Shown here piece after piece: positions 1 to 9,040 of a DNA stretch of 64,000 nt. Location: positions 576,001-640,000 of the forward strand of contig CAVZJB010000005.1 in assembly GCA_963775425.1 (NCBI GenBank). The letters are read 5' to 3'. The position numbers and the translations under genes were made by a program. The DNA comes from an uncultured delta proteobacterium (lineage in GTDB: Bacteria; Myxococcota; UBA727; VGSZ01). Within the stretch, counting starts at the first letter, position 1; the number at the start of each line of letters is the position of its first letter. The notes below the pieces were generated by a model. The model made no database searches, had not been told where the DNA came from, and was given only the letters and a program-made list of their open reading frames with translations.

Positions 1-45
1 TCTTCTGCGAGCACGACGAGAGGTGTGGCAAGCCGAGTGCCAACG

Positions 46-741
46 TCAGCACCAGCTCGCCTCGTCGGCGCCGGGGTTCCGCAACAGCTCGAGCACGTTG
101 GCCTCGATGATGGCGTAGCCGACGTTGCCGTAGAGCATCTGTCGGCGCTCGTTCAGGAGGAACGTCGGGCTGCCGCGCACCTGCTCCGCGGCCGCGTCCT
201 CGTAGTCTCGCTGGACGGCGGCCCAGGCGCTGCCGTCCTCGAGGCGCGCGCGGACGGCGTCGGGGGCGACGCCGAGCTCCTGTGCGACGTCGAGCTGGAC
301 GTCGAGCCGCGAGATGTCGCGTCCGTCGCGAAAGAAGGCGAGCCGTAGCCGCCAGGCGAGATCTTCGGCGCGCGGCGCCGGCGCGCTCCCCTGCTCGGCG
401 GCGGGCATCAGCTCCACCGCCTTGATGCACGCGTGGGCCGTCGCCGACGTCGTGGGGACGGCGCGCGACCAGGTGTCCGGGTGCAGCGAGACGTGATCGA
501 AGCGGGCGACGATCTGCTGCACGTGCTCGCGGTAGCCGGCGACGCCGCCGCGCTGGCTCCAGCCCTTGGCCATCTTGGTCTGCACGTCGGCGAACACCGA
601 GCAGAACCGGGGGCGCACCCGGACCTTGTCGCCGAAGTGCCGGCGCAGCTCGTCGACCCGGACCTGCGCGACGTAGGCCCACGCGCACAGGACGTCGCTG
701 TAGTGCCAGATGACGACGGGCTCGGCCGGGGGATCGCTCAT
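46..741 (-). CDS. DsbA/FrnE-like thioredoxin-fold oxidoreductase
   Basis: N-terminal YSDVLCAWAY (DxxCxW motif, second Cys replaced by Ala); VRGSPTF cis-Pro loop; ends in ASWC. Confidence 0.8.
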   Translation of the reverse strand: MSDPPAEPVVIWHYSDVLCAWAYVAQVRVDELRRHFGDKVRVRPRFCSVFADVQTKMAKGWSQRGGVAGYREHVQQIVARFDHVSLHPDTWSRAVPTTSATAHACIKAVELMPAAEQGSAPAPRAEDLAWRLRLAFFRDGRDISRLDVQLDVAQELGVAPDAVRARLEDGSAWAAVQRDYEDAAAEQVRGSPTFLLNERRQMLYGNVGYAIIEANVLELLRNPGADEASWC

Positions 742-759
742 GTCCGCGTTGATAGCCCT

Positions 760-1590
760 TCAGAGGTCGGCGGCGCGGAAGGTGTCGCATTGCGCGGGGT
801 CGCCCGTCTGCAGGCCGCGGGTAAACCACTTCACGCGCTGCGCGCTGGTCCCGTGGGTGAAGGTCTCCGGCGTGACCCTGCCGCGGCCGCGGCGCTGCAG
901 CGTGTCGTCGCCGATGGCCTGCGCGGCCTTGATCGCTTCGGCGGGGTCGCCGACGTCGAGCAGGCCTTTGCGCCTGGCGTACGCGCCCCACACCCCGGCG
1001 TAGCAGTCGGCCTGCAGCTCGAGCCGCACCGAGCCGCCCGACGCGCCTTTGGTGTGCGCGGCGCGCGACGCGCTCGTCCCCAGGAGGTTCTGCACGTGGT
1101 GCCCAATCTCGTGCGCCACGACGTACGCCTGCGCGAAGTCGCCGGGGGCGCCGAAGCGCCGCTTGAGCTCGGCGAAGAACGTGAGGTCGAGGTAGGCCCG
1201 CTGATCACGGGCACAGTAGAAGGGCCCGACGGACGCGCCGGCGACGCCGCAGGCGCTGTGCACCTTGTCGGTGAAGAGCACGAGCTGCGGCCGCCGGTAG
1301 CTCTTGCGCATCCGCTTGAACTGTTCGTTCCAGGCGTCCTCCGTCGTCGACAGCACCTTGGAGACGAAGCGCTTGGCCTCCTCCTCCTGCGGCGTGTTGG
1401 CCCGCGCGGCTGCCGCCACGCGCGGCTGCGCGGCCTGCAGATCGTGGGCGACCTTGCTCGGGCTCTTGCCCGTGAGGAACGAGATGAGGAGCACGACGAG
1501 GAGGCCGCCGCCTCCGAGGGCGACCTTGCCGGTGTGCCTGCCCCGCCGATCGATGACGTTTTCGCTCTCACGAACGCCGCCGAGCTTCAC
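760..1590 (-). CDS. Neutral zinc metallopeptidase (YpfJ-like)
   Basis: N-terminal RESENVIDRR plus TM helix; SACG..GPFYC, GDFAQAYVVAHEIGHHVQNLLG, LELQADCYAG, FTHGTSAQR motifs. Confidence 0.9.
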   Translation of the reverse strand: MKLGGVRESENVIDRRGRHTGKVALGGGGLLVVLLISFLTGKSPSKVAHDLQAAQPRVAAAARANTPQEEEAKRFVSKVLSTTEDAWNEQFKRMRKSYRRPQLVLFTDKVHSACGVAGASVGPFYCARDQRAYLDLTFFAELKRRFGAPGDFAQAYVVAHEIGHHVQNLLGTSASRAAHTKGASGGSVRLELQADCYAGVWGAYARRKGLLDVGDPAEAIKAAQAIGDDTLQRRGRGRVTPETFTHGTSAQRVKWFTRGLQTGDPAQCDTFRAADL

Positions 1591-1591
1591 C

Positions 1592-2353
1592 TCACAGCTC
1601 CTTGGTCTCGCCGGGCTTCATCTCGAGGACCTTGCCGCGGCCGAATTGCTTCTTCATCGCCGCGCTGAGCTCCGCCGGCGTGCCGGCGAGCGCGGGGAAG
1701 GTGCCGAAGTGCATGGGGATGACGGTCTTTGCGTTGACGAGCTTTGCGGCGAGCGCGGCGCCCTCGGGGTCCATGGTGTAGTGGCCGCCGATGGGCAACA
1801 TGGCGACGGTGGGCTTGTAGCGCTTGGCGATGAGCTGCATGTCGCCGAACACGTCGGTGTCACCGGCGTGATAGATGGTGGGGCCGCCCTTGATCTCGAT
1901 GACGTAGCCCATGGGATTTCCGCCGTAGACGAGCGGGCCCTTGCCGTCGCCGACGCCGCTCGAGTGCACGGCCTCGACGAGGTGGACCTTGACGTCGTCC
2001 TTCACGGGGATGGTGCCGCCCATGTTGGCGCCGTTGCCGTTCTTGAGCCCGAGGGCCGCGATGAGCTCGAAGGCGCCGATGACGGGGGCGCCGGTCTTCT
2101 CCGAGAGCTGCTTGGCGTCACCGACGTGATCGAAGTGGCCGTGGGTGATGAGGATGGCGTCGAGCTTCTCGGGCCACTTCATGTCCTTCGGGGCCTTGGG
2201 GTTCGACAGCCAGGGGTCGACGGCGATGGTGGTGCCCGCGGGGGTCTTGATGACGAACGCGGCGTGACCCCACCAGGTGACCTCGGTCTTTGCGCCCGCG
2301 GCGAGCGAGGCGGACGAAGCGAGCAGCGCACAGGCGACGACGAGCGAGCGCAT
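1592..2353 (-). CDS. Metallo-beta-lactamase fold metal-dependent hydrolase (UPF0173-like), with signal peptide
   Basis: WWGHAAF, VDPWL, THGHFDH (HxHxDH), AVHSS, YHAGDT, LPIGG, IPMHFGTF; start placed at MRSLVV. Confidence 0.88.
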   Translation of the reverse strand: MRSLVVACALLASSASLAAGAKTEVTWWGHAAFVIKTPAGTTIAVDPWLSNPKAPKDMKWPEKLDAILITHGHFDHVGDAKQLSEKTGAPVIGAFELIAALGLKNGNGANMGGTIPVKDDVKVHLVEAVHSSGVGDGKGPLVYGGNPMGYVIEIKGGPTIYHAGDTDVFGDMQLIAKRYKPTVAMLPIGGHYTMDPEGAALAAKLVNAKTVIPMHFGTFPALAGTPAELSAAMKKQFGRGKVLEMKPGETKEL

Positions 2354-2396
2354 AGGAACCTCCCGCCCCGCGCAGGTTGCGAAGCGTGTCGGCGTT

Positions 2397-3380
2397 CTAC
2401 GGCGCGGGCGCGGGCCGAAGCAAGCCGGCGATGACATCGCCGCCGGCGTAGGCGTCGTCGACGAGGATCATGTTGGGGAACCGCGCGGCGCCGACGTCGG
2501 AGTGCGCCACCTCGCGAATGACCACGGCGACGACGCGCTCGGGGTGACGACGGCGGATCTCGGCGTAGACCTCGGGATCCTTTTCACCGCTGTCGCCGAC
2601 GAGGATCACGCGCATGGCCGGCAGCGCGGCGAGCAGGCCCTCGATGCGCTCGATCTTGTAGTGAAGCTGATCGAAGAGCGGGTCCTCGCCGATGTTCTTG
2701 AGGAGCAGCGGCCCGAGGGGGAAGCCGTGCCCCTTCAAGAACGTGTGGATGCGGTCGTGGAAGTTCTGGGGGCTCCCGCTCACGTACAGGAAGAGCTTCA
2801 CGCCGGCGGCAGCGGCGGCGGCGTAGTTGTCGGCGGCGCCGCCGACGGGCTCACTCTGCGCGCCGTTTTTCAAGAACACCGCGCCGAGCATGCGCTTCTT
2901 GTCGGTGACGTACGTCTTCACCACGGTGTCGTCGACGTCGGAGACGAGGCCGACGAAGGGGCCGTCGACGATGGTGACGACGCCGTCGCCGCCGGCGAGG
3001 GCGCGCGCCGGCGTCCCCTTCGAGGCGCGCACGTGCACCGGCAAGGCGCCGGCCGGCATGCGCTCCTTGCCCGCGAGGCCGGCGGCGGTGACGCGAAAGA
3101 CGCCGTCGCCGTCGGTGACGGCGTGGAAGCTGCGGCCGGCGACGTCGACGGTGACGTCGGCGCCACGGACCTCGTCGCTGTCGAGCGCCTCGAGCGTGCC
3201 GACGACGTTCGCGAGCCCCGAGGCGGTTCGGGACGCGTGCCGCTCGCCGTGCTCTTCCAGGACGCGGCCGCCGACGGTGAACGACCCCGGGGTGCCGTAG
3301 CCGTCGTACACGACGACGACGACGTGCTCTTCGGCCGCCGCGGGGGCGGACAACAGCGCGACGAGGGCGAGCGCGCGCAT
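2397..3380 (-). CDS. App1-family phosphatidate phosphatase-like protein (DUF2183), secreted
   Basis: SDVDDTV (DxDxT), YVSGSP, GFPLGPLLL, LVGDSGEKDPEVY; signal peptide. Confidence 0.85.
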   Translation of the reverse strand: MRALALVALLSAPAAAEEHVVVVVYDGYGTPGSFTVGGRVLEEHGERHASRTASGLANVVGTLEALDSDEVRGADVTVDVAGRSFHAVTDGDGVFRVTAAGLAGKERMPAGALPVHVRASKGTPARALAGGDGVVTIVDGPFVGLVSDVDDTVVKTYVTDKKRMLGAVFLKNGAQSEPVGGAADNYAAAAAAGVKLFLYVSGSPQNFHDRIHTFLKGHGFPLGPLLLKNIGEDPLFDQLHYKIERIEGLLAALPAMRVILVGDSGEKDPEVYAEIRRRHPERVVAVVIREVAHSDVGAARFPNMILVDDAYAGGDVIAGLLRPAPAP

Positions 3381-4225
3381 CAGAAGGGGACGGACACGCG
3401 CAGGATGCCGGTGGCGAGGTTCCGCTCGGAGCCCGCGAGCGGGATCACCGCGCCGGCCTCGATGCCGACGGTGTCGGCGACGGCGAAGCGCGCACCCGCG
3501 CCGACGGAGACATGGTCGAGGTCGCCGCGCTCGAGCGCCTGGGCGTCGAGGTCGGCGACGAACGCGAGCCAGTCCGTGACGACGAGGTCGATGCCGGCGT
3601 TGGCGATGACGGCGGCGCGCGTGTTGGGATCGGCCTTGGTGATCGCGAGCTTGGTGCCGCCGAGCAGGCCGCCGTGCAGGCGCACGTCGCGGATGGGCTC
3701 GATGAGGGCGAGGACGCCCGCCTCGAGCCCCACGGGGAACGCGTTTTTGTAGTAGCCGAACGCCGTGGGCAGGTCGGCGCGCGCGAGCACCGACAGCGCG
3801 AAGCTGTCGTGGGCGAACGCGAGGAGCTTCATGCCCGCGGACGTGTCACCGAGCCCGATGTTGTCCGCTTTGAACGACTGGATCACGAGCTGGTACGAGA
3901 GCAGCTCGCTGCTCGCGAACAGCTCGAGCTGCGGAAAGGGCTGCACCTCGACGTCGACGCGGCCGGCCGCGCGGATGTTGCCGTAGAAGTTCTCGTTTTC
4001 GACGATGGCGCGCCCGTCGACGCCGACGCCGACCTCGGTGCGCGGACACGCGCCGCGCACCACGCCGAAGTCCGCCTCGTCGAAGCCGGCGGGCACCGGG
4101 CCCTCGGGCAACAGCCGGGCGTCGCACGGAGATCGCGCGGCCGCGGGCGCCGCAGCAGCAAAGAGCGCGCACGCGAGCGCGGCGCCGGCGCGGGCCGCCC
4201 CTTCGAAGCCTGTGGTGCGTCTCAT
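3380..4225 (-). CDS. Hypothetical outer-membrane beta-barrel-like protein
   Basis: Signal peptide, alternating amphipathic beta-strands, C-terminal Phe; ATGA overlap with the upstream gene fixes the start at 4225. Confidence 0.6.
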   Translation of the reverse strand: MRRTTGFEGAARAGAALACALFAAAAPAAARSPCDARLLPEGPVPAGFDEADFGVVRGACPRTEVGVGVDGRAIVENENFYGNIRAAGRVDVEVQPFPQLELFASSELLSYQLVIQSFKADNIGLGDTSAGMKLLAFAHDSFALSVLARADLPTAFGYYKNAFPVGLEAGVLALIEPIRDVRLHGGLLGGTKLAITKADPNTRAAVIANAGIDLVVTDWLAFVADLDAQALERGDLDHVSVGAGARFAVADTVGIEAGAVIPLAGSERNLATGILRVSVPF

Positions 4226-7200
4226 AGTCCGGGCCCCGAGTAGACGCCGTCTTCGTTGACGTCGAGGATGAAGGGGTTGGTGAAGCCGTACGAGATGCCG
4301 CCGGGCGTCACCGCGTAGAAGGCGAACGTGGGGTCGCTCCGGTCGGGCGGCGCCGGGTTCAGCAGGGGGCCGATGGCCGGGCGGTCGACGCTGGCGTTGG
4401 CGCCGTAGTTGTCGTGGCACGGCTCCGGTCCGTCGAGGCCGGCGGAGTCCGTGGCGTCGACCTTGCCGTCGCCGTTTCGGTCGACGTCCCTGTAGTCGAT
4501 GACCCCGTCGCCGTTGTTGTCGGTGGTGTCGGGGACGGCGTCGCAGTCGAGGTCGCCCGTGGCCGGCAGCGGGTCGCCGGCCTCGACGACGATGAACGCG
4601 TCCCGGCGCCCCGACGGCAGCAGCGTGGACAGCGGGATGTCCCTCTCGAAGCGCACCGCGTCCACGGTGGCGAAGGGATCCGTCGGCTGGTCGATGTCGT
4701 CACCCGAGAACACCAGCACCTGGTCGCCGCCGCCGTTCACGAGCACGCGCACCTCGCGCACGGGCACCCACGGCGCCGCGTGCACCTTCACGTGCAGCAC
4801 CGCGTCTGCCTCGGGCACCACCGGGTCGCGCCCGGGCCTGAGGATGGCGGTGCCGTTGTGCAGCTCCGCCTCGACGATGGGTCCGTCGGTGCCGATCATG
4901 TGGCCCGCGCGGACGTCGGCGTTGAACGTGGCGAGGTCGAAGTCGTCGTGGGTGGTCTGCGTGAACACGATGTTGCGCGGCGTGCCGAGCACGTTGTCGG
5001 TGAGCGAGTGGCTGTCGCTGTTGGCCGTGCCCGCGCGCACGATGCCCTGCTTGAGCTCCCACAGCCACAGCGCGCGATACGCGAGCATGAGCTCCGCGTT
5101 GGTGCCGTTCACCACCTCCTGCGCGTCGAAGTCGGCGTTGGAGAACGCGCTGCCCGCGGGCGTGTTGAAGAACAAGCCGGGACCCGTGCCGTCGAACACC
5201 CGCGGCACCTCGCGATCGAGGCGCAGCCCGATGGCGCGGGGGAAGCCGAGGTCACGCCCGAACTCGAGGTTGGCCCACGGGTGCGGGAGCTGGATGACGC
5301 CGTTTTGCACGTCGTAGCCGCGGGCGGCCGCGCGCGAAAACAGCGCGCCCGGCTCCACGCCCTCGTCGTCGGGGGCGCCCTTGCGCGGCGCCTCGTCGTC
5401 GAAGGGCAGGGGCCACATGATCCAGTGGCCGATGACCTGCGGGAAGTAGACGCTCGGGTTGAGCTTGAACAAGCGCTGGCCCGTGGTCTCCACGCCCGTG
5501 ACGAGCGTGATGCGATCGTCGGCGTGGAGCGCGTCGATGGCGGCCTTGTAGTCCCACAGCGCGTCGTGGTCGGTGGCGATGATGACGTCGATGCCGGCGG
5601 CGAGGAACGCCTCGACGCGATCGATGTCGGGGATGGTGGAGTCGAAGGACTTGGCGCCGTGGACGTGGAAGTCGCCGCTCAACGTCCCCGGCGGCGGCGC
5701 GATGCGCCCGAGGTTGAACGTGAGCTCCTGCGACGAGCCCGAGGTCACGTCCACGGTCTTTTTCTGCACGGACGCGAACATGCCGGCGGTGGCGTAGAGG
5801 TCGTAGGTGCCCGGCGGCAGGTCCACGGTGACCGGCCCGTCGATGAGCACCCGGTTGCACGCGGGCGAGGGGCCGAAGGGGTTGCCGAGGAGGGGCGCGC
5901 AGTCGGGGCCGGTGCGGAAGTACTTCTGCGTCACCTTGCTCGCGGTGTCGTCGTCGCCGGGGAGCACGAACACCTGCGCGTGGTCGGCGACGCCGTCGAT
6001 GTCGACGTTCAACGTGAGGTCGCCGGCGGCGGTGGCGTGGAGCTCACCGACGTCGACGCTGCCCTCGCCGACGTCCTTTTGCACGACGCTGGAGGTGTCG
6101 CCGAAGGCGACCACCTCGAAGACGTAGGTGCGGTCGGCGGGGACGTCGGCGGTGAACTTGCCGTCGCCGTCGGGCACCACCTCGGTCCACGGGATGAGCG
6201 CGTCGCGCGGCTCGTCGAGCGTGCCCTCGTAGATCTGCACCGACGCGCGGATGTGCTCTCCGAGGGCGTCGGCGCGGCCGCCGTCGAGCGCGACGGTGCC
6301 GCCGACGGTGGCGAAGGCCTCGCCGAAGAGCTGCTTTCTGAGCTGAAGCGCGAGGTCGACGCCGGGCTGCGCGCCCGTACCCGGCGCCACGCCGAGGAAG
6401 CGCTCGTAGATCTCGTAGTCGCTCGGGGCCACGATGCGGCGCTTGGTGCCGTTGGCCGAGACCTGCCCGCTCTCGAAGCCGGAGAGCGACGGCACGTTGC
6501 AGCCGACGACGGCCAGGGCGCTCGCGGGGTCGGAGTGGCCGGCGCCGACGACGAACGGCATGTCGCGGAAGACGTCGTTCAGCGTGGAGAGGCCGAAGGA
6601 CGGGTGGAAGTAGCCTTCGCCCGGCGTGGGCGTGAACGGCATCATCGAGCGGCCGCCCCACCAGTAGCCGTCGGCGTTGCTCCACACCACGGTGTCGTCG
6701 CCGTCGTTGACCATCTCGGTGCGCACGCGCAGCCCGGGCTCGCACGCGCGCAGCTCGTAGCGCGTGTAGACCCGCTGCCGCGTGTCGCCCTGGAGGTGGC
6801 CCTCGAACTGCAGCGCGACCAGGCCCGTCCCGCCGTCGAGGACGCGGACCTTTTCGTAGACGACGGCGTCTTCGGGCAGCGCGCCCACGGCCTGGAAGAT
6901 GTGGTTGACGGCGTCGTCGTCGCGGTCGCGGTCGGCGAGGTCGAGGACGGCGCCGCCGGTGGGGGCGAGGTCGGTGGGGTGATCGAGCGCGTCGATGACG
7001 GCCTGGACCTTGGAGTTTTGCAGGAGGAAGTCGCCGACGGCGCCCATGGCGTCGAGGCCGCCCGGCACCTCGTCGGCGCTGGAGATGACCTTCAGCTCGA
7101 CGGTGGGGTCGGCGCACTGAAACGCGAGCTGCTGGCAGGGCGACGGGACCTCGCAGCCGTCTTCGCCCGCGAGGCATCCCTCCTTCCCACAGCCCGCCGA

Positions 7201-7275
7201 CAGCGCCGCGACCGGTGCGAGCGCGACGAAGACAGCGACACCGACGACGGACTCGAGTGCGACGACCAAGCGCAT
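4222..7275 (-). CDS. CehA/McbA-family (PHP-like) metallohydrolase lipoprotein
   Basis: Lipobox LSAGC; GDFHVH, ATDHD, GVE, GHW, QLPHP, EVVNG, ANSDSH metal motifs; DxNGDG calcium-loop-like repeats near the C-terminus. Confidence 0.8.
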   Translation of the reverse strand: MRLVVALESVVGVAVFVALAPVAALSAGCGKEGCLAGEDGCEVPSPCQQLAFQCADPTVELKVISSADEVPGGLDAMGAVGDFLLQNSKVQAVIDALDHPTDLAPTGGAVLDLADRDRDDDAVNHIFQAVGALPEDAVVYEKVRVLDGGTGLVALQFEGHLQGDTRQRVYTRYELRACEPGLRVRTEMVNDGDDTVVWSNADGYWWGGRSMMPFTPTPGEGYFHPSFGLSTLNDVFRDMPFVVGAGHSDPASALAVVGCNVPSLSGFESGQVSANGTKRRIVAPSDYEIYERFLGVAPGTGAQPGVDLALQLRKQLFGEAFATVGGTVALDGGRADALGEHIRASVQIYEGTLDEPRDALIPWTEVVPDGDGKFTADVPADRTYVFEVVAFGDTSSVVQKDVGEGSVDVGELHATAAGDLTLNVDIDGVADHAQVFVLPGDDDTASKVTQKYFRTGPDCAPLLGNPFGPSPACNRVLIDGPVTVDLPPGTYDLYATAGMFASVQKKTVDVTSGSSQELTFNLGRIAPPPGTLSGDFHVHGAKSFDSTIPDIDRVEAFLAAGIDVIIATDHDALWDYKAAIDALHADDRITLVTGVETTGQRLFKLNPSVYFPQVIGHWIMWPLPFDDEAPRKGAPDDEGVEPGALFSRAAARGYDVQNGVIQLPHPWANLEFGRDLGFPRAIGLRLDREVPRVFDGTGPGLFFNTPAGSAFSNADFDAQEVVNGTNAELMLAYRALWLWELKQGIVRAGTANSDSHSLTDNVLGTPRNIVFTQTTHDDFDLATFNADVRAGHMIGTDGPIVEAELHNGTAILRPGRDPVVPEADAVLHVKVHAAPWVPVREVRVLVNGGGDQVLVFSGDDIDQPTDPFATVDAVRFERDIPLSTLLPSGRRDAFIVVEAGDPLPATGDLDCDAVPDTTDNNGDGVIDYRDVDRNGDGKVDATDSAGLDGPEPCHDNYGANASVDRPAIGPLLNPAPPDRSDPTFAFYAVTPGGISYGFTNPFILDVNEDGVYSGPGL

Positions 7276-7377
7276 GGGCGCGACTCTACTCCGAAGCCGC
7301 TCGCGGTGCGCCCAGCTCCCGGTGCACCGCCCACCCGGCGTCACCCGGCGTGGGCCCCGCTCACCGCTGGAGACCTC

Positions 7378-8379
7378 CTAGCGGAGGAGGCGGGGGCGCA
7401 ACGACACCTCGCCGTCCTGCACCGTGACCTCGAAGCGCACGCCCTTGCACTGGTGGGCGGAGATCAGGCGCTCGCACTCGCCCTCGATGGTCTGCGCGAA
7501 GGCGTCGAGGTCGAGGTCCGCGATGTTCTCGTCGTGGGACTTCTTGGCCGCGACAAACTCCTGGAAGAGCGCCTCGAGCTCGGTGCGCGACGGCACCTGC
7601 GGCAGCGCCTCCTCATCCGACTCCGACGGCGCTTCCGACGACGCTTCCGACGACGCTTCCGACGACGCTTCAGACGACGACTCCGACGACGACTCCGACG
7701 ACGACGCCGCCCCCGCGGGGATGTCGCTGCGCGGGGCCTCGTCGATGGAGGTGTCGTTGTTGGGGGCGCCGGACACGGGCGCCACCTCGCGCGCCACCGC
7801 GGCGGCGGGCGTGTGGCCGTTGCCGGAGGCGGCTTCGGGGGGCTGGCTCTGGGCGCGCGCCTGCGCCACCGCGCGCGCCTCGGACATGATCTCCCCCATC
7901 GTCACCTTCTGCGGCGGCTCCGCCTTCTTCATCACGCGCACGGGGCCGATCTCGGGGTGGTCGGACAGCTCCAGGTCCGCCGGCTCCGGCGGCCGCTCCG
8001 GCTTCGGCCGCGGCCGGAACATCGGGTGCGGCTGCGACTTCACGGGGCCGAGGTTCGGGTCCTCGTGCTCGGTCATCGACGCGGCCACCTCGTTCATGGC
8101 GCGCGCGACCTCGGCGAGGCCGGCGAACTCGTCCGGGTTCACGCGCTGGTGGCGCTCGCCGCGCGCCAGCGCCCGCAGCGCCTCGACGAGCAGGTCCACG
8201 CGCTTCACGGTGGGGCCCAGCATGAGCCCGACGACGATGGCGAGCGCGCAGGCGAGGCCGGCGTCGACGAGCAGCCGCGCGGGATCTCCGTGAAGCACGA
8301 AGTAGCCCGCGATGGCGGCGATGGCCGTCGCGGCGATCACGGCGATCAGCATCGCGTTGCGAAGGGATGCCATGGGCAT
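7378..8379 (-). CDS. Membrane protein with HAMP domain, disordered linker and MXAN_5187-like C-terminal domain
   Basis: Two N-terminal TM helices; HAMP (LARGE..VNPDEFAGLAEVARAMNEVA); C-terminal LFQEFVAAKK..F...CKGVRFEVTVQDGEVSLR. Confidence 0.7.
   Translation of the reverse strand: MPMASLRNAMLIAVIAATAIAAIAGYFVLHGDPARLLVDAGLACALAIVVGLMLGPTVKRVDLLVEALRALARGERHQRVNPDEFAGLAEVARAMNEVAASMTEHEDPNLGPVKSQPHPMFRPRPKPERPPEPADLELSDHPEIGPVRVMKKAEPPQKVTMGEIMSEARAVAQARAQSQPPEAASGNGHTPAAAVAREVAPVSGAPNNDTSIDEAPRSDIPAGAASSSESSSESSSEASSEASSEASSEAPSESDEEALPQVPSRTELEALFQEFVAAKKSHDENIADLDLDAFAQTIEGECERLISAHQCKGVRFEVTVQDGEVSLRPRLLR
7622..7705. repeat. Imperfect 12-bp tandem repeat (TCCGACGACGCT-type) encoding (SSEA/SSES)n linker
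   Basis: Directly visible tandem units within the 7378-8379 CDS. Confidence 0.8.
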
Positions 8380-8434
8380 TCGTCTATCACGCGCGGCGCA
8401 CGGGACGAAAATCACAGGCGGGCAAGCCGCCTGC

Positions 8435-9040
8435 CTACCGCGCCGCCCACGCCTGCGCCGCCGCCTTCGCCTTCTCCTTGGCGTCGGGGCCGTCGAACCT
8501 CGCTCCGCTTCGGGCCTCCACCGCGCGCAGCGCCGCTTGCGAGACCAACGGGTCGCTGTCGTCGAGCCCGCGCAACAGGAGCCCGGCCACGGGCGCCGGC
8601 GGGCCCGGGCGGAAGCCGGCCGCCTCCATCACGAGCGCGCGCACGCGCGGGTCGCGCGACATGAACAGGGCCTCGTAGTGGGCGACGCTGTTCTCCGGCG
8701 GGCTCGTCCGCGCCCGGTACTCCTCGACGGTGTTCGGCAACAAGAGGCCGAGGAACGCGATGCACGCGGCGAGCATGACGACGCTCGGACCCCGGAAGTA
8801 GCCCCGCCGGCGCGCGATCCTCCAGGCGTCGAGCGCCGCGAAGATGACGACGAGGGCGAACGCCGCCGGCGTCACCACCAGGACGATGGCCGGCAGCTTG
8901 TCGGCGCGCACCGCGGCCACCACGCGTGGCTGCAGGAAGAACGCCGCGGCGGCGCTCACGATGAGCGCCACGAGGATGGGCACGCGCAGCGGCGAGCGCA
9001 GCCCGCCCGCAGGCTTGTCCGCGGTGGCCGGGTCCGTCAT
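8435..9040 (-). CDS. Hypothetical membrane protein (3 TM) with C-terminal HEAT-like repeat
   Basis: Three hydrophobic helices; SRDPRVRALVM and GLDDSDPLVSQAALRA HEAT-like motifs; overlaps the kinase stop (ATGA). Confidence 0.65.
   Translation of the reverse strand: MTDPATADKPAGGLRSPLRVPILVALIVSAAAAFFLQPRVVAAVRADKLPAIVLVVTPAAFALVVIFAALDAWRIARRRGYFRGPSVVMLAACIAFLGLLLPNTVEEYRARTSPPENSVAHYEALFMSRDPRVRALVMEAAGFRPGPPAPVAGLLLRGLDDSDPLVSQAALRAVEARSGARFDGPDAKEKAKAAAQAWAAR

Noticed and set aside
4414-8664. 1416-aa plus-strand ORF (and similar long ORFs 9304-12675, 25685-30430, 34662-38393, 40446-43430, 50484-54170)
   Set aside because: Antisense or off-frame shadows of well-supported genes, expected at this GC content; no motifs and biased Arg/Ala/Val composition.
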